A stretch of DNA of 46,005 nt from Gemmatimonadales bacterium. GTDB lineage: Bacteria; Gemmatimonadota; Gemmatimonadetes; Gemmatimonadales; GWC2-71-9. Under the pieces are notes generated by a model. The model worked only from the letters and a program-made list of their open reading frames with translations. It ran no database searches and was not told where the DNA came from. Both the position numbers and the translations under genes were made by a program. This document shows, piece by piece, positions 38,279-46,005 of the stretch (position 1 is its first letter; every line of letters starts with the position of its first letter). The stretch is taken from NCBI GenBank assembly GCA_041615815.1, contig JBFJCP010000033.1, positions 1 to 46,005 on the forward strand, read 5' to 3'.

Positions 38279-39646
38279 CTATCCCACCAGCAGCGGCAGC
38301 ACGGCTGACGCGAAGCTGAGGACGAGGAAGAAGCCGCACATATCGGTGACCGTCGTGAGGATTGGGCCCGATGCCAACGCGGGGTCGAGGTCGAGTCCTT
38401 TGAGCGCGAGGGGGACCAGTCCCCCAATCAGGACCGACAGGATCGTATTGAGCATGAGTGCAGTTGCCACAACCAGGCTCAGATAGATGTTTCCCTTCCA
38501 CAAGAACGCCACCGCGCCCAACAGGATGCCAAGCACGGCGCCGTTGATGATGCCCACTGCCCCTTCCTTAAAAGCCACTCGGAGTAGTTCATAGGGCTTG
38601 ACGAGGCCCAGTGCCAGTTCGCGTATGCTGACGGCGACCGCCTGATTGCCGGAGCATCCACTCATATCCGAAATGATGGGGAGAAACACAGCAAGCGCGA
38701 TAACCGCTGCGAGCGTGTCCTGATAGAGTGCGATGACGCTGGCCGCGATGACGTTGAGCCCGATGTTGATCGAAAGCCATGACAGCCGGCGGGTTGATCG
38801 CTTGACGACCGGCATCGTGCGGAGTTCGTCCTCGCCCACGAGACCGCTGATCTTGAGAAACGTGCGCGTGGCCCGCTCTCGCAGGGCACTCTCCACGGCA
38901 CCCCGTCGTACGATCCCCACCATGCGATCGTGTTCGTCCGTTACCGGCATGCCGAGGAATCCATACCGGTCGAACATGCGTTTGAGATCATCGAGGGGGG
39001 TATCCACCGGGGCACGGATGGGATCGCAAATCATGATGCTCCGCACGGGCGCGTCCCCTCGCGAGAGCAAGAGATCGCGCATCCGCAGGACGCCCACCAG
39101 GCGCCCGGACTCGTCGATCACATAGGTGTATTGGATCTCGTAGTCGGAGTAGTGTCCCCCGTACGTCCTCAGGTCCCGTACCACGTCCGCGATCGTGAGG
39201 CCCTCGATGAACGCCAGATATTCCGTGGTCATGATTCCGCCGGCGGTGTCCGGCGCATACCGGAGGAGGAGGCGGGTCTCGGCGGCGTCTTCTGGCGGCA
39301 ACTGCCGAAGAATGGCCTCGGCCTCATCGTCCGGCAGCTCGGCCAGGAGATCCGCACGCTCGGCGCTCGGCAGTTCGTCCACGATCGAGGCGGCTTGCTC
39401 GATGGGTAGGTCCTCGATGATCTCAATGACCTGGGCATCGGAAAGCACTTCGAGGATATCGGCGGAGCGCTCGGGACCCAGCACTGTGAGCATGCGCACT
39501 TGGTCGGCTTCACTCAGGCGAGAGATCGCTCGGGCGAGCTCGCCCGGTGGGAGCTCGTTGATCAAAGCGGTCAACGCCACCGGTTGTTCCGTTTCCAGGA
39601 GCTCGCGCAGCTGCTCCCAGGGTTCGCGCGGCACGAGGTCGGTCAT
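38279..39646 (-). CDS. mgtE: Magnesium transporter MgtE
   Basis: YAPDTAGGIMTTE, CBS pair, RLSWL, FLPIISDMSGCSGNQ, DPALASGPILTTVTDMCGF. Start chosen at ATG 39646. Confidence 0.95.
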   Translation of the reverse strand: MTDLVPREPWEQLRELLETEQPVALTALINELPPGELARAISRLSEADQVRMLTVLGPERSADILEVLSDAQVIEIIEDLPIEQAASIVDELPSAERADLLAELPDDEAEAILRQLPPEDAAETRLLLRYAPDTAGGIMTTEYLAFIEGLTIADVVRDLRTYGGHYSDYEIQYTYVIDESGRLVGVLRMRDLLLSRGDAPVRSIMICDPIRAPVDTPLDDLKRMFDRYGFLGMPVTDEHDRMVGIVRRGAVESALRERATRTFLKISGLVGEDELRTMPVVKRSTRRLSWLSINIGLNVIAASVIALYQDTLAAVIALAVFLPIISDMSGCSGNQAVAVSIRELALGLVKPYELLRVAFKEGAVGIINGAVLGILLGAVAFLWKGNIYLSLVVATALMLNTILSVLIGGLVPLALKGLDLDPALASGPILTTVTDMCGFFLVLSFASAVLPLLVG

Positions 39647-39788
39647 GTCGGCATCTCGGTGATGGACGGAATGGAGGGTACTGCGGCGGTTGCTAGACGC
39701 AAGATGGGGGAGGGACAAGGAGGCCGGAGCGGCAGCGGATGCGGAGTGATGTTTGCCACGCTGCGCCGCTTGCCTCCCTGGCTACCGG

Positions 39789-39817
39789 TTGGCGTGATCG
39801 GCGCTACTATCTAGATT
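39789..39817 (+). promoter_or_regulatory. Candidate promoter for tRNA-Ile
   Basis: TTGGCG-17 bp-TAGATT just upstream of the tRNA. Confidence 0.4.
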
Positions 39818-39829
39818 GGGAATCCCAGA

Positions 39830-39903
<74 letters not shown>

Positions 39904-39919
39904 TAGGACCAAATTGACC

Positions 39920-39958
39920 ATCCCGCTTGGTGTTACCGCATCAGGCGGGATTTGCTTT
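39920..39958 (+). terminator. Terminator-like hairpin after tRNA-Ile
   Basis: ATCCCGCTTGGTG-TTACCG-CATCAGGCGGGAT (13 bp including two G:U pairs) followed by TTGCTTT. Confidence 0.6.
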
Positions 39959-40009
39959 GCGGTCGGAAGACTCGGATGGTGTCGGTTCGTGGTGTCGATT
40001 GGGCACGAC

Positions 40010-40280
40010 GTCACCACTTGCTTGACGCGGCCACGGGTCGCGAGCGCGTCCCGCATCGTGGTCTCATCGGGGCGCTGGTAGCATTTCACGACCGTCTGCG
40101 GCTCCTTCCAGCCTCCCCGGTGGGACAGGTCTCTCAGCGGCCTGTGCTTCAGCTCAGTAGCGAATTTCCGCCGCAGGCTGTGCCAACCTCGCCCAGCAAC
40201 GTGTTTCAGCTTCGACGCCTCCTCGGCCCGCTGCCACCAGTCGGGCATGAGGTGGCGACGGCACGGTTCGCGATCGAACC
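40010..40280 (-). pseudogene. Tyrosine recombinase/phage integrase C-terminal remnant
   Basis: GWHSLRRKFATELK...GGWKEPQTVVKCYQ contains the HxxR, G-W and catalytic Tyr motifs; N-terminal domains absent; points toward the tRNA 3' end. Boundaries approximate. Confidence 0.8.
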
Positions 40281-40343
40281 GAACCCCAGCTTTAGGATAG
40301 TCGTGAGCGGGTGTCTTTGCGTCCCTTTCACACATCCAGCCGC

Positions 40344-40495
40344 TCAACTCGGCAGCTTCGGCCGTCGCAGGAGATCCTGGTAGCGCGGATCGTCGCGCAC
40401 GGTGTCGAAATGCGGCGTCACACCTCCAAAAGGCATGTTGGGATCCCTGGAACCCTTGTTCCAGCCAGTCGAGGGTTCGGTCGTGTTCGCCCGCG
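40344..40495 (-). pseudogene. Frameshifted C-terminal remnant of a TPR-containing kinase/adenylate cyclase-type protein
   Basis: One frame gives AGEHDRTLDWLEQGFQ; a shifted frame continues RDPNMPFGGVTPHFDTVRDDPRYQDLLRRPKLPS*, typical of the terminal helices of these TPR proteins. Confidence 0.65.
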
Positions 40496-40504
40496 GGAGC
40501 CGAC

Positions 40505-42826
40505 TCAACGACGTGGCGGGACCGCCCGCCGCGTGACAGGTGGAAAGTCGGCTTTCAGAATCGCATGCCCGCCGGAGGCATAGCAGGTCCCGTCGGCGCA
40601 CGTCACGTGCCGAAGCTGAGTGTCGCTCACCGCATCGAAGGTCCAGGACTCGCCGCCGTCGCGGGTATGGCCGATGATACCGTAATACGCTTCTGCGAAC
40701 GACCCGTCAGCCAACGGTCGTCGTTCCGTTCGATGACCGACGGCCACACATGTGTAGGTGTCTATGCACGCGAAGTCCCGGATGGGGACGTCCATGCCGG
40801 CGTCGAGGACCGTTGCCTCGAGCGTCTGACCTCCTGAAACCAGCGGCAGATACTGGATTCGTGTGACCTCGTCCCCAAGTCCGGTCGCGAAGCATCGCTC
40901 TTCGCTGGGACAACTCATCCTCGCCACCGAAATGGTCGTATCCTCGCTGAAGCGCATCGCGCTCCAACTCTCCCCGCCGTCGGTAGTTTTCCAAATGAAG
41001 CCGGACATTCCCAGCACGAAACACACATCGTCGCTGGCGCAGGAGATATCGCGGGGCTGGCTGTACGGCTCGGTGTCCGGAAGCTCCACGCGAGTGTGGT
41101 TCCAAGCGAGGAGGTCCCAGCCGGATACCCCCCATCCGGGTCCCCGGTGAAGTAGGTGCACCGCTCTTGCACGAGGTTCCAGGAGGAGGCAATGCGACGC
41201 GGTGGAACAGTTGATTCTTGTGATTTGGGATATCGAGGTCGGACTCTGCAAGTGAATCTGCTCTGAGCGCGACTCGCTGGCGTCGATAGCGAAGGAATAG
41301 ATCTCCGTGGTAATCGTGGTTTCCCCAAGCTGCATCGAACTGACAACGGCCACGCAATGGTTGGCATCGCCACAAGAAATGTGAGTGAGTTCTGGAAGAA
41401 AGTTCGTGTTGGGTATAATGGAGAATACTCGCCAGGTTTCGCCACCATTCTCAGTCTTGATGGTCCCATTCTCATGCAACGTGACGCAAGTCGTGGCTTC
41501 CGCACAGCTCATCCTCCCCGGCTTGATGATTCTGAGGTTGCCCAACAGCCTCAGGGACTCTGTCGTACGCCATGCCGTGCGGGACGTGTTGAATCCGATA
41601 ATGCCGTGCGAACCGACATAAACGCAGCTGAACGTTGGAGGCCGGCCAGCTTCGCGAGAAGCCTCAGCACAGCTCGCATCGTACCACGGCAAGGTGTTTG
41701 AAGCTACGCCATCCGCTGTGCCCTGTACCTCGAATGCCGCTGCTCGTCGAAGCACGGTCCAAAGCAGTCCATCATCGGAAACCGGCGGACCCGGTGTCGT
41801 CACCTCAATTTCGCCATGGTCGCCAGCGATCGCGCAGTACAAGTACTCCTTGTCAGCTTCAACCGCGGACCATTCGCTAGGTGACCTGGGTTCCGCCGTG
41901 CTATCGAGGCACGAGATGCCCGTGCCGTTTTGCGAGGAACCAACGAACTCGAATCTGTTGCCCACCAAGACGTTGCGCTCTATACTCCTAGTCATCCACT
42001 GGTTGGATTCGAGCGCCAGCGTATGACCGGAACTCAAGAAACAGAGGTCTTTTGACTTGCAATGAACCGCATTGATGGAGCCGTAACGCCCAGATCCCAT
42101 CGTCCACCGAGACTTCGCATGGGCAACCGCGCTCCAGGCAGCCGGTTGTCCGGGCCTCAGCGTCGGCTCGGAGTTGCGGATCAACACCGCCCCGTCGGTG
42201 CCCACGGCGAAGCAGGCCAGACTGCTGCAATCCACGTCACGGAGGTTCGGAACGGCGCGAGCTGGTTGTGCCCGGAGTTTCCCACTCGTGAGTGTAGGGG
42301 GACCGGATTCATGCCACCACTTTTCTCCGTTAGCGGTCGCGAGGATGGTCTGTTCATCTCCCACGGCATAACAGCCGTTGGAGCCCGCGAACTCGCGTCC
42401 GAGCTGCGGCATTGGCGGCTCGCAAGCCACTCCACGGAGTGCGAACGCGGTGCCGGACTCCAGGCGGATCCAAGACTCTCCCCCATCGCTTGTCCTCAAG
42501 ATCGTGCCACCGTCACCAACGACCAGACAGGCGTCAGACCGCAAGCACTCCACATCATGTAGGGTGACTCGTACGTTAGCCGGTCCCACATCCGTCCAGG
42601 TGAGACCGTAGTCGGCGCTCTTGTGAACCGTTCCCATACTGCCCACCGCATAGCAGGTTCCATCCTCGAGACAGTGCACACCGTAGAGACTGTTGCCGGT
42701 CCCGTAGGGGATCACAAACTTCCACTGGATGAGATCACTGGCCGCGCTTGGGACCTGCGCCGGTAGGGGCGGAGCTGTTGCGAGCAATAGCACAATCACT
42801 GCGGGTCCCGCTTTCACAAGGGACAT
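40505..42826 (-). CDS. Secreted Cys-rich BNR/YCF48-like beta-propeller repeat protein
   Basis: GGAGG SD, signal peptide; Asp-box motifs (SADYGLTW, TSDGGESW, TENGGETW, TTDGGESW, TRDGGESW); more than 10 paired-Cys blade motifs. Confidence 0.8.
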   Translation of the reverse strand: MSLVKAGPAVIVLLLATAPPLPAQVPSAASDLIQWKFVIPYGTGNSLYGVHCLEDGTCYAVGSMGTVHKSADYGLTWTDVGPANVRVTLHDVECLRSDACLVVGDGGTILRTSDGGESWIRLESGTAFALRGVACEPPMPQLGREFAGSNGCYAVGDEQTILATANGEKWWHESGPPTLTSGKLRAQPARAVPNLRDVDCSSLACFAVGTDGAVLIRNSEPTLRPGQPAAWSAVAHAKSRWTMGSGRYGSINAVHCKSKDLCFLSSGHTLALESNQWMTRSIERNVLVGNRFEFVGSSQNGTGISCLDSTAEPRSPSEWSAVEADKEYLYCAIAGDHGEIEVTTPGPPVSDDGLLWTVLRRAAAFEVQGTADGVASNTLPWYDASCAEASREAGRPPTFSCVYVGSHGIIGFNTSRTAWRTTESLRLLGNLRIIKPGRMSCAEATTCVTLHENGTIKTENGGETWRVFSIIPNTNFLPELTHISCGDANHCVAVVSSMQLGETTITTEIYSFAIDASESRSEQIHLQSPTSISQITRINCSTASHCLLLEPRARAVHLLHRGPGWGVSGWDLLAWNHTRVELPDTEPYSQPRDISCASDDVCFVLGMSGFIWKTTDGGESWSAMRFSEDTTISVARMSCPSEERCFATGLGDEVTRIQYLPLVSGGQTLEATVLDAGMDVPIRDFACIDTYTCVAVGHRTERRPLADGSFAEAYYGIIGHTRDGGESWTFDAVSDTQLRHVTCADGTCYASGGHAILKADFPPVTRRAVPPRR

Positions 42827-43207
42827 CGAGCCTCCATGTGGACACCAACGTGGATCGTGGACCTGTTCAACTCTGTCTGGAGCCAGGAGGACCATCGGCT
42901 CCTTCGGACCGGCTATGTGAGCGCCGCCAGATATACAGGGGCAACGAGTTCCACGCAAACCCTTCGGGGCCGGTTGATACTCATAGTCCTGTCAGCCCCC
43001 CCGTGAAACCTCCGAGCCCATTTGGGCGTACCTTAAGGAAACCCTGATCCAGAGGGAATCCAACATCCAGGTGACAGCGCGGGCCTGGCGTCGAGCCTCG
43101 GGGAGCTCACGATGGGGAAACCCGTTGCGAAACCGGCGTCTGGCGTGATTCGGTTCCGCCTTTGCCCCCGTGTGCCAAGCGCTTATCCGCAGCCGAGGAG
43201 AGTTCTC

Positions 43208-45946
43208 ATGCGACGTGTTCCATTGGTTTCGCTGCTGTGCGCGGTCCTGGTCTTCGTGACCGCGGCACCAGCCGTAGGACAAGACGTTCCGAACATCGAC
43301 TTCGAGCATTACGAGCTCGACAACGGTCTGGACGTCATCCTCTATCAGGACCACGCCAATCCCGTAGTCAGCGTGAACGTGTGGTACCACGTGGGATCTG
43401 GCAACGAAAAGCCGGGCCGCTCAGGATTCGCCCACCTGTTCGAGCACATGATGTTCCAGGGTTCGGAGCACCACCCCGGCGAGTACTTCGAGCCGCTCCA
43501 GAAGGTGGGTGGTTCCATCAACGGCTCCACCAACACCGACCGCACGAACTATGTGCAGGACGTGCCTTCCAACTACCTGGAGTTGGTGCTCTGGCTGGAG
43601 GCGGACCGCATGGGCTTTCTGTTGCCCGCCGTGGACGAGGCGAAGTTCGAGAACCAGCGCAGCGTGGTGAAGAACGAACGGCGCCAGAACTACGAGAACC
43701 AGCCGTACGGCGAATGGTATCCACTGCTGGCTGAGATGTTGTTCCCCGCGGACCACCCGTACAGCTGGCCCACCATCGGGTACATGCGTGATCTGGACGC
43801 CGCGACGCTGGAGGATGTGACCGAATTCTTCAAGATGTACTACACCCCGAACAATGCCAGCGTCGTCATCGCCGGCGATTTCGATCCTGCTGAGGCCAAG
43901 CGGCTGGTGGAGAAATACTTCGCCTCGATTCCACCGGGTCCGCCAGTGGAGCGGATCACGGACTGGAGCCCGACGCTCCGGGAACCGATCCAGCTCACCA
44001 CGCAGGACAACGTGGAGTTGCCCCGGGTCTACTACGCGTGGCTCACCCCCGGCTACTTCAAGCCCGGCGACGCCGAGTTCGATCTGCTGAGCAACACGTT
44101 GACCGATGGGAAGAGCTCCAGACTCTACCACTCGCTCGTCTACGATCAGGAGCTGGCGCAGGACGTCAGTTCGTTCCAGTGGTCGCGAGAGATGGGAAGC
44201 ATCTTCGTGGTATGGGCGACCGCGCGCCCCGGCGTGGAATTGGCGACGCTCGAAGCCGCGCTGGAAGCCGAGTTCGAGAGGCTGCTGGACACCGGGGTCA
44301 CCGCGCAGGAGCTGCAGAAGGCGCAGACCACGTGGCAGGCGTCGTTCCTCCGGCGCATCGAGCGGGTAGGCGGGTTCGGCGGCGTTGCCAATCAGCTGAA
44401 CAGCTACAACCGCTATCTCGGTGCCCCGGGTGGCTTCGCGTTCGATTTCAACCGCTACGGCAAGGCGACGCTGGACGAGATCCTGCGCTACGCGCGCACC
44501 CATCTCGATCCCGCGAAGCGCGCCACGCTGCGCATCGTGCCGCAGGGCCAGCTGCAGATGGTGGCCACCGACGTCGACCGCTCGACGATGCCCGCCGGCG
44601 GCCCCGAGCCCAGCTGGAGCCCGCCCACGATCCAGGAAGGCGAGCTCGCCAACGGTCTCAAGGTGCTGCTAGTGGAAGATCACAAGCTACCACTCGTGCA
44701 GGCGAACCTCGTGGTGCGAAGCGGATTCTCGGCCGATCCCCAGGGGCTGCCCGGTGTGGCCTCGTTGACGGCAGAGCTGCTGGATGAAGGCACGACCAGC
44801 CGGAACGCGCTGGAGCTGGAGGAGGAGGAGAAGCGACTCGGCGCCCAATTGGGCACGGGGAGCGGGTTCGACGGTAGCCAGGTGAACCTCAACGTGCTCA
44901 AGTCGAACCTCGAGGGCGGGCTGGCGCTGCTGGCCGACGTCGTGCTCAACCCGTCGTTCCCCGGGGAGGAGCTGGAGCGCCAGCGCAGGATCTACGTGGG
45001 GCGGATCGCCCAGGAAGCGAAGCAACCGCAGACGGCTGCCATCAAGATGTTCCAGCAAGTGCTCTATGGCGAGAACCACCCCTACGGGCAGCCCTTCACC
45101 GGCACGGGCACGCCGGAATCCATCGAGAGGGTCGCCCGCGGCGATCTGGTATCGTTCTACCGAGCCAACTACAAGCCGAACAACTCGGCGCTGATCTTCG
45201 CCGGCGACATCACGCTGGACGAGGCGATGCGGCAGGCCAGGAAGCACTTTGGCAATTGGCGGCGTGGCGAAGTGGCGATGGCCGAGGTGCCCGAGCCCCG
45301 GCCGATCACTCGCACCCAGGTGTACATCGTCGACAAGCCGGGTGCCGAGCAGAGCGTGATCATGGTCGGCAACCTCGGGCTCCGGCGAAGCGCTGCGGAC
45401 TACGATGCCTTCCAGATCATGAACAACGCGTTCGGGGGCAAGTTCTCCAGCCGCATCAACCTGAATTTGCGCGAGGACAAGGGCTACAGCTACGGCGCCC
45501 GCTCAATCTTCCTCGGCACCCGCGGCGTGGGACCGTTCCTCGTGCTGGCGCCGGTGCAAACGCAGAGCACCAAGGAATCGCTGGTCGAGATTCTGAACGA
45601 ATACCGTGGGGTGATCGGTGCTCGCCCCATCACCGAGCAAGAGGTGATGGAGGCGAAAGGGAATATGATCAAGGGTATGCCGCAGCAATTCCAGAGTGTG
45701 AGCGGCGTTGCGAGTCAGCTTGGCGAGATATTCGAGTACGAGCTGCCGCGCGATGAGTGGTCGGCATCGCTGGAGCGCCTTGCCGCCATCACACCCGAGC
45801 AGGCGACGAAAGCGGCTCAGGATCATCTGGACCCCGACGCCGTCGTGATCGTGATCGTCGGCGATAGGAAGATCATCGAGCCTGCGATCAAAGAGTTGAA
45901 TTTGGGCGAGGTACGTGACATGGCCGCCGGCCTCGAGAAGGAGTAG
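43208..45946 (+). CDS. Secreted M16 (pitrilysin/insulinase) zinc protease, fused two-half type
   Basis: GAGGAG SD, signal peptide; GFAHLFEHMMFQGS (HxxEH), NGSTNTDRTNY, VVKNERRQ; second half LREDKGYSYG. Confidence 0.95.
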   Translation: MRRVPLVSLLCAVLVFVTAAPAVGQDVPNIDFEHYELDNGLDVILYQDHANPVVSVNVWYHVGSGNEKPGRSGFAHLFEHMMFQGSEHHPGEYFEPLQKVGGSINGSTNTDRTNYVQDVPSNYLELVLWLEADRMGFLLPAVDEAKFENQRSVVKNERRQNYENQPYGEWYPLLAEMLFPADHPYSWPTIGYMRDLDAATLEDVTEFFKMYYTPNNASVVIAGDFDPAEAKRLVEKYFASIPPGPPVERITDWSPTLREPIQLTTQDNVELPRVYYAWLTPGYFKPGDAEFDLLSNTLTDGKSSRLYHSLVYDQELAQDVSSFQWSREMGSIFVVWATARPGVELATLEAALEAEFERLLDTGVTAQELQKAQTTWQASFLRRIERVGGFGGVANQLNSYNRYLGAPGGFAFDFNRYGKATLDEILRYARTHLDPAKRATLRIVPQGQLQMVATDVDRSTMPAGGPEPSWSPPTIQEGELANGLKVLLVEDHKLPLVQANLVVRSGFSADPQGLPGVASLTAELLDEGTTSRNALELEEEEKRLGAQLGTGSGFDGSQVNLNVLKSNLEGGLALLADVVLNPSFPGEELERQRRIYVGRIAQEAKQPQTAAIKMFQQVLYGENHPYGQPFTGTGTPESIERVARGDLVSFYRANYKPNNSALIFAGDITLDEAMRQARKHFGNWRRGEVAMAEVPEPRPITRTQVYIVDKPGAEQSVIMVGNLGLRRSAADYDAFQIMNNAFGGKFSSRINLNLREDKGYSYGARSIFLGTRGVGPFLVLAPVQTQSTKESLVEILNEYRGVIGARPITEQEVMEAKGNMIKGMPQQFQSVSGVASQLGEIFEYELPRDEWSASLERLAAITPEQATKAAQDHLDPDAVVIVIVGDRKIIEPAIKELNLGEVRDMAAGLEKE

Positions 45947-46005
45947 CGCAGCACTCAGGCGTGACTCCTGAGCGGCCTCAACGAGGGGCGGGCGCCATGG
46001 CGCCC

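Noticed and set aside
45954..45972. Hairpin CTCAGG-N7-CCTGAG after the M16 gene as a terminator
   Set aside because: Short stem with no U tract; insufficient support.
39904..46005. Intact prophage or ICE
   Set aside because: No structural, replication or conjugation genes and no attR seen; whether the M16 gene belongs to the island cannot be determined.

Overview
High-GC bacterial chromosomal segment. Gene content and order suggest Gemmatimonadota, but that is an inference. It is mostly housekeeping genes. Minus strand: pckA (partial), maeB, rpiB, a metal-uptake operon (small RAPP-ending leader ORF, outer-membrane barrel, solute-binding protein, permease, no ATPase), alkaline phosphatase, a long tightly coupled run lepA-ROK-PfkB-HATPase-STAS/wHTH-transsulfuration enzyme-ftsE-ftsX-envC-MerR/coiled-coil-pcm-nfo, an M28 peptidase and a DUF4384-like protein. 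Then DUF58-BatA-mfd-two PPIase/SurA genes-pdxA (+), a CNNM/hemolysin gene (-), a CDF exporter and typA (+), a very acidic small protein (+), mgtE (-) and tRNA-Ile(GAU) (+). After the tRNA lies a decayed island edge (integrase remnant, frameshifted TPR-protein remnant, Cys-rich beta-propeller gene), followed by an M16 protease. Best leads: (1) a His/Cys-containing leader peptide ending in RAPP whose RAPP codons are complementary to the Shine-Dalgarno of the downstream metal-uptake operon, a probable metal-sensing ribosome-stalling attenuator; (2) an orphan STAS-HATPase kinase plus STAS-wHTH partner-switch pair; (3) a dispersed family of 7/8-bp-period degenerate tandem repeats at gene junctions and inserted in frame in rpiB, mfd, pdxA and typA. 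All calls come from reading motifs by eye; no searches or folding computations were run.
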